Source of the DNA: Myxococcota bacterium
GTDB taxonomy: Bacteria; Myxococcota_A; UBA9042; PHBI01; JAWLBL01
Length of the DNA: 64,000 nucleotides
Direction of reading: 5' to 3'
Assembly (NCBI GenBank): GCA_041687695.1
Contig: JAWLBL010000021.1
Span: 1 to 64,000, forward strand
Notes under the pieces: generated by a model
The model's database searches: none
What the model saw: the letters and a program-made list of their open reading frames with translations, nothing else
Told to the model about the DNA's origin: nothing
Shown: piece by piece, positions 27,035 to 36,518 of the stretch
Position numbering within the stretch: the first letter of the stretch is position 1
How the letters are laid out: each line of letters opens with the position of its first letter
Translations under genes and position numbers: made by a program

Positions 27035-29479
27035 CTACTCCAACAGGCCCTGGGGCCAGGGGGTGAAGTGCCAGCGCTCGAGGCCGAGGCCGAAGGGGGA
27101 CTCGGGGGGGCGGTGCCAGCCTTGCAGGCGGGGGTTGGCGAGGAGGCGCTCGTCCGTGAAGGCCAGGGGGATGCTGGGGAGGGCCTGGGACCAGGCGGCG
27201 AAGAGGGCGTCGCGGAGCTGGTCGCGACGCTCGGGGTACAGGGCGCGCTGCTCGCGCTGGACCAGGGCGTGGACGGCGTCGGTGTAGGCGACGTTGCGGG
27301 CCGTGGAGGGGTAGCGGCCATTGTCCTGGGGCAGGTTCCACCACTGCTGGGGCGGGGCGTCGCGGGCGCCGCGCAGGGTGTGCAGGACCAGGCCGGGGTG
27401 GCCGCCGTCGCGCCACAGGGGCCAGGTGCTGCGGACGGGCTCGGGCCTAAGGGTCAGGCCGACGGCGGCCAGGTCGGCGGTCAGGAGCTCGACCAGCTCG
27501 GGTGGGGTGCTCTGGGCGTAGGCCAGCGGGATGACGGCCCCAGTGGCACCGGCCTGAGCCAGGGCGGCGCGGGCGGCGTCCGGGTCGTGGGCGATGGGGG
27601 CGACGCCGGCGGGCAGGCGGTCGCCGACCGGGACGTGGGCGACGCGGCTGGCGTCGCCGAAGACCTGGGTGACCAGGCGCTGGCGGTCGATGGCCTGGAC
27701 GATGGCGCGGCGGACCTCGGGGCGGGCGAGCAGGGGGTGCTCGAGGTTCGGGTGCAGGAAGACGAAGTTGGCCGAGGGGCCCTCGTGGACCCGGCCGGGG
27801 TGGTGCTGGGCGACCTGGTCGAGGTGCTGGGGCGACAGGTCGTTGGGGGCGGTGATGTCGACCTCGCCGGCGAGGAAGGCGCGGAGCAGGGCGTCCCGGT
27901 CCGGGTAGCGCAGGATCTCGACGCGGGGGATGCTGGGCGGCGCGCCGAGGAAGTGGGGGTTGGCGAGGGCGACGAGGCGGTCGTCGTCGTGCGAGGCGAT
28001 GTGGTAGGGGCCGGTCGAGGGGACGCCGGTGCGGCCGAGGTGGGTGCGGACGGCGGCGTAGCCCTGTTGCCGGTACAGGTCGCCGACGACGTGGGCGGGC
28101 CACAGGGTCGGGGGGGCGAGGGCGCGGGAGAGGCGGTCGGACCAGCGCAGGACCAGCGTGCGGGCGTCGAGGGCGCGCCAGCCGACGAGGTGCTCGTCGG
28201 GGCTGGCGACCAGCGGCAGCGCCAGGTCGGCGACGGTGACCAGGCGGCCGTCGGACCAGCGGGCGCCGTCGCGCAGGCGCCAGGTCACCTCGAGCTCGCC
28301 GCCGGCGAGGAAGCGCAGGGCCCGGCTGTCGACGGTGGGGGCCTCCTCGACCAGCAGCGGGACGGGGCCGGCCTGCGGGTCGTCGTGGACCAGGGGCCAG
28401 TAGGCGGCGACGCCGGCCGCCGAGCTGGCGACGCGCAGGTTGCCGGTCGTGCCGATGCGGACCACGTCGCGGGCGGAAGCCGGTCGAGACAGGGCGGGCA
28501 CCGGGGCGGGGGCGCTTGCGGGCACCGGCAGGGCGTCGGGCACGGCGGCCCAGATGAGGCCGAGGGCGGTCAGCGGCAGGCCGGAGAAGACGCCGCGCTG
28601 GAAGAAGGCCAGCTGGCGCAGGCGGCCGCCGCGGTGGAGGCGATAGGAGACCACGGCCGCGACGACGCACATCGTCGAGACCAGGTAGACGACGGTGAAC
28701 AGGGCGTCGGCCAGGGTCAGGTAGGCGACGGCGGGCAGCACGTCCGAGACGCTGAACTGGAAGGCGAAGCAGGCCACCATGCCGGTGACGCTCATGGTCA
28801 GGCGCGGCTGCAGCGAGTCGGGGTGGACGAAGAGCGAGCAGAGGACGACCAGGGCGACGATGAACAGCGGCAAGAAGAGCTTGAGCACGACGGGGCGGAT
28901 GGGCCGCTCGAGCGCGACCTCGAAGGCGACGCGGTCCACCTGGGCGGCCTGGCCCTCGAAGGCGAGGTGGCCCAGATCCGAGCGGAAGGCGCGGGTCGTG
29001 CGCGCGGGGCGGAACTCGGGCTCGTAGTGCCAGTCGGTGATGCTGAAGGTGCGGGCCATGCCGCTGGCGGCCAGATCGGGGATCAGCTGGCCCTCGTGGG
29101 CGGGCAGCTCGAGCACGACGGCGAGGGTCTGGCGGTCGAAGGGGAAGCGATGCAGCGGGAACTCGCCGCGCAGGGTGCCGCGCAGGCGCCAGCGGGCCGA
29201 GTGCCAGGCGCCGTCGGAGTCGCGGCCCAGGGGCTGCAGCTCGACCCGGGCGCCGTTGGCGACGTGCAGGCGCGCGGGGTCGAAGTCGCCGCGCCACTTG
29301 GCCCAGACGTCCGCGTCGACGTCGAAGACGCCGTTCTTCTGGTCGAAGGTGCTGACGTCGTGGAGGTAGACGCCGACGTAGACCCGCGGGACGTCGGCGT
29401 GAGCGGCGCTGGTGACGAGGCCCACGCCGAGCAGGGCGGCGAGCGTGAGGAGGGAGCGGCGTGCGAAGCGTGCGAGCAA
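27035..29479 (-). CDS. Pentameric ligand-gated ion channel subunit fused to a C-terminal family-5 ABC substrate-binding domain
   Basis: Signal peptide; ECD with VYVGVYLHDV, W.KW and Pro-loop FPFDRQ; pre-M1 ER; M1-M4 with LPAVAYLT.AD. These are followed by SBP5 motifs TWRLRDGARWSDG..VT..D, TGPY, AGEVDI, VRRAI..AIDR, HDPDAA.A.L..AG and LPSIPL. Confidence 0.9.
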   Translation of the reverse strand: MLARFARRSLLTLAALLGVGLVTSAAHADVPRVYVGVYLHDVSTFDQKNGVFDVDADVWAKWRGDFDPARLHVANGARVELQPLGRDSDGAWHSARWRLRGTLRGEFPLHRFPFDRQTLAVVLELPAHEGQLIPDLAASGMARTFSITDWHYEPEFRPARTTRAFRSDLGHLAFEGQAAQVDRVAFEVALERPIRPVVLKLFLPLFIVALVVLCSLFVHPDSLQPRLTMSVTGMVACFAFQFSVSDVLPAVAYLTLADALFTVVYLVSTMCVVAAVVSYRLHRGGRLRQLAFFQRGVFSGLPLTALGLIWAAVPDALPVPASAPAPVPALSRPASARDVVRIGTTGNLRVASSAAGVAAYWPLVHDDPQAGPVPLLVEEAPTVDSRALRFLAGGELEVTWRLRDGARWSDGRLVTVADLALPLVASPDEHLVGWRALDARTLVLRWSDRLSRALAPPTLWPAHVVGDLYRQQGYAAVRTHLGRTGVPSTGPYHIASHDDDRLVALANPHFLGAPPSIPRVEILRYPDRDALLRAFLAGEVDITAPNDLSPQHLDQVAQHHPGRVHEGPSANFVFLHPNLEHPLLARPEVRRAIVQAIDRQRLVTQVFGDASRVAHVPVGDRLPAGVAPIAHDPDAARAALAQAGATGAVIPLAYAQSTPPELVELLTADLAAVGLTLRPEPVRSTWPLWRDGGHPGLVLHTLRGARDAPPQQWWNLPQDNGRYPSTARNVAYTDAVHALVQREQRALYPERRDQLRDALFAAWSQALPSIPLAFTDERLLANPRLQGWHRPPESPFGLGLERWHFTPWPQGLLE

Positions 29480-29590
29480 GCGAGAGCCTTCCGCGCGAGG
29501 GGCCAGGACGCGGAAGGCTAGTCGGGCACCGCCGGGGGGGTCAACGGCCGGCCGGCTTCCGGTCGCGTCCCGCCCCCGGCGCGGGCTCCG

Positions 29591-32389
29591 TCACGGCACG
29601 AGCCACCAGGTGTCGTCGTGGAACTGGCCGAAGCCGTCCTCGCCGCCGAAGACGACGACGCGCTCGGCGTCGCCGTCCAGGTAGGCGCCGGCGGCCCGGC
29701 GGCGAGCGCCGGGGGTGGCCCCCGCGGTCGGGCTCATGTTCGCCCAGTCGCTGCCGTCCCACTCCCAGACGTCGCCGAAGAGGACGTTGTTGTCGTCCTC
29801 GCCGCCGTAGACGACGACGCGACGGATGCGGGCGTCGTAGACGACGGTGGCGCCGCGGCGCGCCGGCGGCGACTGGGCGGGGGCGGCCTGGACCCAGCCG
29901 GGGCCGTCGGCCCAGGTCCAGGTCTGGTCCATGACCAGGGTGTCCGCGCCGCCGAAGAGGACGACCTGTTGGTTGAAGTGATCCCAGACCAGGCCGTGGT
30001 TGCTGCGCTTGGACGGCCCGGACGCCTCGAGGGTCCAGTCGACGCCGTCCCAGGTCCAGGTGTCGTCCAGGGCCGGGCCGTTGCGCCCGCCGAAGAGGAG
30101 GACCGGGCCGGTCGGGCCTGCCTGGACCATGGCGTGGTGGGCGCGCGGGGATGGGCTGGTGACCGGGGCCTGCAGCGTCCAGGTCGCCTCGAAGGCGGCG
30201 CCGTTCCAGGCCAGGGTCATCGTGTAGGTGTCGTCGAAGTGGTTGCCGGCCAGATCGCGGCCGCCGAACAGGACGAAGACGTCGTTCACGGCGTCCCAGG
30301 CCATCGCGTGACGGTAGCGGGCGCTGGGGACGGCGCCGAGGTTGGTCGCCTGATGCCAGCACCCCGCCGAGAAGACCCAGGTGTCGCCGAAGGCGCTCAG
30401 GCCGTTCCAGCCACCGAAGAGCACCGCGTACTCGGTCCCGGTGGGGCCGACCATGGCGCTGGCGGAGCGGCCGGGAGGGGTCGCGAGGCAGGCCGGGTAC
30501 TCCTCCCACGAGCGGGCCACCTGGAAGTTGACGGCCATGGTGTCCGCCTGGTCACCGTCGTTGACGGCCACCTCGACGCTGTAGGTGCCCGGCCCCGGGA
30601 AGGCGTGCTTGGGGCGGGCGCCGGAGGCGAGCGTGGTCCCCTGGAAGAGCCAGTCATAGAACAAGAGGTCGCCGTTGGCGTCGTCGACCTCGGCCAGGAA
30701 CGAGTACTCGTAGTCCTTGATGCGCGAGCCGAGGACGTCCAGCACGACGGGCGCCTGCGCGGCGTATCCGGGCGCGTCGATGAAGTCGGTGGCGGTGCCG
30801 CCCTTGCCGTCGGAGACGGTCAACCAGACGCGGCGGGGGTCGGCCGCGAAGGTGTGGGTCACGGCCGTGCCGTCCGCGTAGTCGCCGAGGCCGTAGTCGT
30901 CGCCGTCGCCAACCTCGAAGTTCCAGAAGTAGAAGAGGTCGTCGCCGTCCGGGTCGGTGTAGGCGGCGGTGAAGGCGGCGGTGTCGCCGGTCCAGCCGAA
31001 GGACGCGTTGTGCGGCGTCTGCGGGCAGGAGCCCGGGATGGCCGGGTCGCAGGCGGCGACCGTGAGGCCCGCCCCGACCGGCGCGGGCGGGGCGTTGACG
31101 ATCGGGGCCGAGTGGCGGAACACATGGACCTTTGCCTCGCCGCCAACGCCCATGGTCGTGCTGGCGACCGTGATGTGGATGCCATGGTCGGGGTCCGAGA
31201 AGGTCCGCCCTGGCATCAGGGCGCCGTCGGCCAGGTTGTGGTTGGGGCTCTCGGAGCTCATGTCCACCGTGTGGGTGGGCTCGCCGGGCGCCACCTTGCG
31301 GACGATGACGCCGTCGTTCAGGTTCCAGCCCGAGGTCACGCTCCAGCGATAGCCCGGGTCGCTACGACGCGCTTCGACCGAGTAGAACTCGGCGTTCTGG
31401 TCCGAGGGCAACGAGAGGTCGAGCCCGATCTGCAGGTGCTTGGGCAGCCCGCGGTCCTCGCTGCCTTCGAGGCCGTCGAGGGTCCCCTTCGACCAGCCCG
31501 CGAGGCCGACCAGGGCGGGCAAGGAGCGCGTGAAGTCGGCGGGCAGCCAACCCTTGGCCGCTTTCGTCAGGGCCCGAAAGTGACCCACGTTGTCGGCCAT
31601 CGTGTCGGAGTCGTCGCCGTACTGCCGCAGGTCTTCGTTGATGCTGCTCAGCGAGTACGCGTGGTCCAGACCGAGCGTGTGGCCGAGCTCGTGGTTGGAG
31701 AGGTTGACCCCGAAGGTCGTGCCGCCGGTCCAGACGCGGGTGATGGCGAAGCCCTTGTTGGACAGGACGCCGCAGTCGGTGTCCGCGTTCGTCCGCGCCG
31801 CCACCCCCGGACGCGAGGCCCCGTCGCTGTTGACGGCCGAGGCGTTGAGGAAGATGTCGAAGTCGTCGAGGCCCGCGAACAGGATGCTGTTGCAGAGTTG
31901 GTCGAGGGTGTGGGTGTTGATCATCTTCACCGGGTTGGCGCCGTGCTGATACCAGTTGGCGCCCGCGGGCAGAGGCGCGTCGGCGCGGCCCAGCAGCTCC
32001 ATGGGCCCACCGGGCGCCAGCCGGCCGGCGAGGTACATGTCGAGGACCAGGCTGCCGTAGCTGACGTCTTCGTAGAAGGCGGCGATGTCCAGCGCGGCCT
32101 GCTGCATCTGCGCGATCGAGACCTGGCCGCTGGCGCCGTTGTTGTCGAACAGGCGTACGAGCACCTTGCGGCGCTCGCACCGGGTGGTGCGACCGTCGGC
32201 CAGTTCGAAGCAGGCTTCGGTGACCGCCGGCCCTGCCAAGCCGTCGAAGGCTTCACGGCAGGTCCAGGCCGCCGGCATCGGCGCGGGCACCAGCGCGCCG
32301 CACGGGTGGGTGATCTCGGCCGCCAGGGCCGTGCCGGCGACCAGGAAGGTCGCCAGGGCGGAGAGGAGCAAGCGCTGGAGCATTCGCAC
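29591..32389 (-). CDS. Secreted metzincin (M11 gametolysin-like) peptidase with PKD-like domains and Kelch repeats
   Basis: Signal peptide, HELGHTLGLDH, YGDDSDTM, DPDGD.L.Y.W.F / TVSDGKGG, and repeated VLFGG...DTW.WDG..W. Confidence 0.85.
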   Translation of the reverse strand: MRMLQRLLLSALATFLVAGTALAAEITHPCGALVPAPMPAAWTCREAFDGLAGPAVTEACFELADGRTTRCERRKVLVRLFDNNGASGQVSIAQMQQAALDIAAFYEDVSYGSLVLDMYLAGRLAPGGPMELLGRADAPLPAGANWYQHGANPVKMINTHTLDQLCNSILFAGLDDFDIFLNASAVNSDGASRPGVAARTNADTDCGVLSNKGFAITRVWTGGTTFGVNLSNHELGHTLGLDHAYSLSSINEDLRQYGDDSDTMADNVGHFRALTKAAKGWLPADFTRSLPALVGLAGWSKGTLDGLEGSEDRGLPKHLQIGLDLSLPSDQNAEFYSVEARRSDPGYRWSVTSGWNLNDGVIVRKVAPGEPTHTVDMSSESPNHNLADGALMPGRTFSDPDHGIHITVASTTMGVGGEAKVHVFRHSAPIVNAPPAPVGAGLTVAACDPAIPGSCPQTPHNASFGWTGDTAAFTAAYTDPDGDDLFYFWNFEVGDGDDYGLGDYADGTAVTHTFAADPRRVWLTVSDGKGGTATDFIDAPGYAAQAPVVLDVLGSRIKDYEYSFLAEVDDANGDLLFYDWLFQGTTLASGARPKHAFPGPGTYSVEVAVNDGDQADTMAVNFQVARSWEEYPACLATPPGRSASAMVGPTGTEYAVLFGGWNGLSAFGDTWVFSAGCWHQATNLGAVPSARYRHAMAWDAVNDVFVLFGGRDLAGNHFDDTYTMTLAWNGAAFEATWTLQAPVTSPSPRAHHAMVQAGPTGPVLLFGGRNGPALDDTWTWDGVDWTLEASGPSKRSNHGLVWDHFNQQVVLFGGADTLVMDQTWTWADGPGWVQAAPAQSPPARRGATVVYDARIRRVVVYGGEDDNNVLFGDVWEWDGSDWANMSPTAGATPGARRRAAGAYLDGDAERVVVFGGEDGFGQFHDDTWWLVP

Positions 32390-32475
32390 GGAGGGTCTCC
32401 TTCGGGTGGTGTTCGATGGAGACCCGCGCAGGGGCGCGAGCTGTCAACGTGAAGATGTGTCGGGGGCCACGACGA

Positions 32476-32507
32476 CGAAGAGCGCCGGAGGTGACCGGCG
32501 CTCTTCG
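32476..32507 (-). terminator. Perfect 13-bp hairpin downstream of the acylase gene
   Basis: CGAAGAGCGCCGG-aggtga-CCGGCGCTCTTCG, with a weak T-tract. Confidence 0.5.
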
Positions 32508-32538
32508 AAGGGTTACCAGGGGTCTGACGCGCCTGGGA

Positions 32539-35508
32539 TCAGGGCGTCAGGGCCGACTGGGGGACGAGATCGAGGACGCGCTGGCGCTTTTGCAGGACGT
32601 CGCTGACGGTCCAGGGGATCTCGGGGGCCAGGTTCTCGGCCCACTTGACCATCTCGTCGGAGTAGTGCGGGCTCTGGGCGCGCTCGGACTGGCCGCCGGG
32701 GATGACCGCGTGGACCTGCGGGACGTCGGTCATGCCGTAGACGTTGCGGATGGCCGGGCCGTGGGCGTAGGTGAAGTTGGTGTCGGCCATGCCGGGGTGC
32801 GCGGCGTCGACGACGAAGTTGTCACCCGGGCGGGGGTAGCCGCCGGGCAGCAGCGAGGGCGCCGGGATGTCGAAGGCCGGGGTCACGTTGTGGCGCAGCT
32901 TGACCGTGTGCAGGGCGCCCCAGCGCCAGTCGGCCATCGGCGCGTCGCCGAAGCCGCCGCCGCCCGGGCCGGTCTTGGCCGGGTTGGACGCCAGGGCCAG
33001 GCCCTCGGCCAGGCTCTTGACCAGGATGGCGTCGCGGGTCTCGACCACGTCCTCGGTCGCCGGGTCGTCCCACAGCCCGCTCTGCTGGTGGGCCTCGTCC
33101 CAGGTCGCCATCTGCTCGGGCGCGGTCAGCATGCGGTGGAGCACGCCCACGCGCAGGCGGTCGGGGACGTGGATCTGCTTGTTGCCCAGCGTGTTGGCGA
33201 CCAGCCGGGTCAGGAAGAAGTTGAAGATCGTCGTCGCCACCGCATCCTTGGCCTGCGGGGTCGTCGCCGGGGCGCCCACGCCGCTGGCCGCGTCGTAGGT
33301 CCAGCCGGCCAGGAAGGGCTCGGCGATGTCGATCTGCGCGTTCAGGTGGGCCGCCGCCTGGCTGTCGGCCCCCGAGCGCGCCGCGTCGATGGCCTGCAGC
33401 AGGAACGGCGTCATCAGCTTGCCCAGCGGCGACTCGGTGTCGGCCTGCACGGCCTTCATCGCCTCGGGGGTGATGCCGCCCTGCGCGACCAGCGCGTCCA
33501 TGCGCTCGGTGATGCGCGCCTCGCGGTAGCCGGCGTCCCAGACGTAGCCGATGTACGGCCCGTCGTTGAAGGGGTCGTTGTCGAAGGAGACGCCGATGGG
33601 GTCCGAGTTGGCGGTGATGACGTAGCCCTTGTCGGGGTCGACCGCCTGCGGGATGAGCGCGCGGTCGAGGAACCCGTCCCACTCGGCCGAGCCGTCGCCG
33701 GGCATGGGGAAGAAGGGCGGGTAGTCGAAGTTGCCCGCCTCGATGTGGGCGCGCTTGGGCAGCCGGTGCGACGGGTACCAGGCGATGTGCCCGTCCTTGT
33801 CACCCCACACCCAGTTCTGCGCGCCGACGGCGAAGAGGTCGAGCGCGTCCTTGAAGTCCTGCACCGAGCGCGCCTTGTTCAGGCGCCACACGGCGCTCAG
33901 ATCGGCGGTCGGCTCGAAGCCGGTCCACTTCCACGCCAGCGCCGTCTTGTTGCCGCCGGCGTCCTCGCCCCAGCTCCAGGGGACCACCGGGCCGTGATGC
34001 GGCACGTCGGTGACCGTGACGGTCAGGCGGCACCCCTTTGTGCCCAGGGGCTCGATGACCGGGTCCATGTCGTTCAGCCACCCCGTGACCACGCTCTCGC
34101 AGGTGGCGCCGCCGAACAGGCTCACCTCGAAGACCTCTTCCCGCGTGGTCACCGGGACCTGCGCGCCGTCGAACAGCACGGTCTTGCCGTCGGCGCTGAA
34201 GGTCTCGACGTAGAAGTCGGTGACGTCGCTGAAGAAGACCGTGCCGCCCCAGGCCCCGTGCCCGTTGGTGCCCAGCACGATGCCCGGCGCGCCGGCGAAG
34301 TTGACGCCCGCCACCTCGAAGTCGCCGCCGGCCGGCACCGTCGACAGGTGCACCTGGTAGAACACCGCCGGGTTGCGCAGCGCGAGGTGCGTGTCGTTGG
34401 CCACCAGCGGCCGCCCGCTGGCCGTGTGCTGGCCGCTGACGATCCAGTTGTTGCTGCCGAACTCGGGGCCGCGCGCGAAGTGGTGCGGGATCTGGCGCAT
34501 CTTCTCGGCGTTGACCCGCACCTTGTCCAGGTGCTGCTTGGTCAGCCCGGCGAAGAAGGGCTGCTCGAGCAGGGCCGTGACGTCCACCGTCTTGGGGCCG
34601 CTGCCCGCGAGCGCCGAGTCGATGACCGGCACCTGGGCCGGCGGCGTGAAGTTGACCACGTCGGCCTCGACGCCCTCGAGCGGCGTGCCGTCGAAGCGCG
34701 TCTTGAGGTCCTTGGCGTAGTAGAGCAGGTCCTCTTCGTTCAGGTAGCCGCCGAACGACAGGTCCCAGGTCTGCAGACGCACGATGGTCATGGTGTCGAC
34801 CGGCGTCCACGGCTCGAAGGTGATGCCGAACAGGGCCGCCTCGGTCGGCTTGGGCGCCTTGCCCGCGTTGACCGCCTCGAGGTGCAGGTTCACGCCGGCC
34901 GCGAAGGCGACCATGCGGTCCCACAGCTCGGGGTCGTTGACCTGCGCGTCGGCCGCCATCTGCTCGGCCACCGCGCGCAGCCGCAGGGTCCGCAGCAGCA
35001 CGTCACCCGCCAGCGCGCTCTGCCCGCTGAACTCGGCGAGGCGCCCGGACGCCGCGCTCTTGAGCGTGTGCATCTGGAACAGGCGGTCGCGCGCCGTCAC
35101 GTAACCCTGCGCGAAGGCCAGGTCCAGCTCGCTCTCGGCGTAGATGTGCGGGATGCCGCGGTCGTCGTAGACGACGCGCACCGGCGCCTCGACCCCTTCG
35201 ACCAGCACCGCGTCGTCGGCCTCGTCACCCGCCGCCGGGAACCACTCGGGCCGCTCGAAGGTGATGGGCACCGGACCGCCGTCCGGGCCCGCGTCCCCCG
35301 TGGTCCCGCCGTCGCCCGCGCCGTCGGGCGGCTCGCTGGCGTCGGGGTCGACCGCGTCCTCGCCGCCGTCCGCCTCGCCGACGTCGCCCTTGCCGCCGGT
35401 GTCCGCGACGTCGTCCGTCGCGTCGGCCTGCGTCGCCGGCTCGTCGTCACCACAGGCGAAGAGGCTCGCGCCCGCCGCCGCCACACACACCCAGTGCCGA
35501 AGCTTCAT
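32539..35508 (-). CDS. Penicillin acylase family (S45, Ntn hydrolase) lipoprotein
   Basis: Lipobox LFAC, GIPHIYA, AQGYVTARDRLFQM, GSNNW nucleophile, ANDTHL and PGGQS..SPHY.D. Confidence 0.95.
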   Translation of the reverse strand: MKLRHWVCVAAAGASLFACGDDEPATQADATDDVADTGGKGDVGEADGGEDAVDPDASEPPDGAGDGGTTGDAGPDGGPVPITFERPEWFPAAGDEADDAVLVEGVEAPVRVVYDDRGIPHIYAESELDLAFAQGYVTARDRLFQMHTLKSAASGRLAEFSGQSALAGDVLLRTLRLRAVAEQMAADAQVNDPELWDRMVAFAAGVNLHLEAVNAGKAPKPTEAALFGITFEPWTPVDTMTIVRLQTWDLSFGGYLNEEDLLYYAKDLKTRFDGTPLEGVEADVVNFTPPAQVPVIDSALAGSGPKTVDVTALLEQPFFAGLTKQHLDKVRVNAEKMRQIPHHFARGPEFGSNNWIVSGQHTASGRPLVANDTHLALRNPAVFYQVHLSTVPAGGDFEVAGVNFAGAPGIVLGTNGHGAWGGTVFFSDVTDFYVETFSADGKTVLFDGAQVPVTTREEVFEVSLFGGATCESVVTGWLNDMDPVIEPLGTKGCRLTVTVTDVPHHGPVVPWSWGEDAGGNKTALAWKWTGFEPTADLSAVWRLNKARSVQDFKDALDLFAVGAQNWVWGDKDGHIAWYPSHRLPKRAHIEAGNFDYPPFFPMPGDGSAEWDGFLDRALIPQAVDPDKGYVITANSDPIGVSFDNDPFNDGPYIGYVWDAGYREARITERMDALVAQGGITPEAMKAVQADTESPLGKLMTPFLLQAIDAARSGADSQAAAHLNAQIDIAEPFLAGWTYDAASGVGAPATTPQAKDAVATTIFNFFLTRLVANTLGNKQIHVPDRLRVGVLHRMLTAPEQMATWDEAHQQSGLWDDPATEDVVETRDAILVKSLAEGLALASNPAKTGPGGGGFGDAPMADWRWGALHTVKLRHNVTPAFDIPAPSLLPGGYPRPGDNFVVDAAHPGMADTNFTYAHGPAIRNVYGMTDVPQVHAVIPGGQSERAQSPHYSDEMVKWAENLAPEIPWTVSDVLQKRQRVLDLVPQSALTP

Positions 35509-35521
35509 GTGTCCTCGAACC

Positions 35522-36025
35522 TCAGAAGTAGAAGCGCGCGCCGAGCGCCGCGTCGATGTCGCCGTCGGTCGACGGGATGAGGCGGACGCCGGGCACGACC
35601 TCGAGGAAGAAGTCGAGCGGCGCCTCGCGCAGGTTCATGCTGATGCCGAGGGGGACGCGGATACCCAGCGCCACCGAGCCGTCGCGGTCGCGCCAGCGCC
35701 GGTGGCCCCACTCGGTCAGCTTGCCGCCGATGCCGACGTACAGCGGCAGCTCGAAGGCGCTGGTGCGCAGGCGGATGACGTCCCAGTGCCACAGGTAGTC
35801 CACCAGGAAGTTGAAGCCGTCGTCGCGGAGATCGAAGGACAGGCCGAACTGCAGCGCGTTCTTCTTGTTGAGCCAGTACTTGGCCGACAGGCCGTTGATC
35901 TCGCCCAGCATGACGCCCAGCCCGAAGCCGTCTCTCGACTGCGCCCGCGCGTCGGGGGCGGCCGTCAGGACGAGCGACGCGGCGAGGACCGCGGCCGACA
36001 CGAGCTTCATGACGCGAGGCAGCAT
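35522..36025 (-). CDS. Small outer-membrane beta-barrel protein (DUF3996-like)
   Basis: Signal peptide, FGLGVMLGE..GLS.KY, GIRVPLG, FFLEVVP and C-terminal RFYF. Confidence 0.8.
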   Translation of the reverse strand: MLPRVMKLVSAAVLAASLVLTAAPDARAQSRDGFGLGVMLGEINGLSAKYWLNKKNALQFGLSFDLRDDGFNFLVDYLWHWDVIRLRTSAFELPLYVGIGGKLTEWGHRRWRDRDGSVALGIRVPLGISMNLREAPLDFFLEVVPGVRLIPSTDGDIDAALGARFYF

Positions 36026-36140
36026 GGCAGGCTCCAGGGTCGAGAGATCGAGAGGGGGCGCGCCGGGTCGCGACGCGGCGTCCCGGGGTCAGGGTCTTTC
36101 TCGCCGGGAATCCGGCGCGTGTCCAGTCGGAAGGGGGCGC

Positions 36141-36518
36141 TCAGGTCGCCTCCTGGGTGGCCCCGACGTGCTCGGACACGACGCCCAGCAGCGCCTCGAT
36201 GGAGAAGGGTTTTTGAAGGATTCCGACGATGTTCGACACCGACGCGTCCAGCCCCACCAGCGCGGGCGCGGCGCTCATGATGACGACCGGCACCTCGGCG
36301 AAGCGGGCGTCGGCGGCCATGGTCTCGAGGGTGCGGCGCCCGTCGAGCACCGGCATCATCAGGTCGAGCACGACCAGATCGGGGCGTCGCTCGGCCATGC
36401 GCTCCAAGGCCGCGCGCCCGTTGCCCGCCGTCACCACCGAGTAGCCCTCGTCCTCGAGCAGGTCCCGCAGGGACTCGGCGATGGCGTACTCGTCGTCGAC
36501 CACCAGGATGAGCTTCAT
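36141..36518 (-). CDS. Single-domain response regulator
   Basis: ILVVDDE, DLVVLDLMMPVLDG, MSA and KPF; ATGA overlap with the upstream gene. Confidence 0.95.
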   Translation of the reverse strand: MKLILVVDDEYAIAESLRDLLEDEGYSVVTAGNGRAALERMAERRPDLVVLDLMMPVLDGRRTLETMAADARFAEVPVVIMSAAPALVGLDASVSNIVGILQKPFSIEALLGVVSEHVGATQEAT

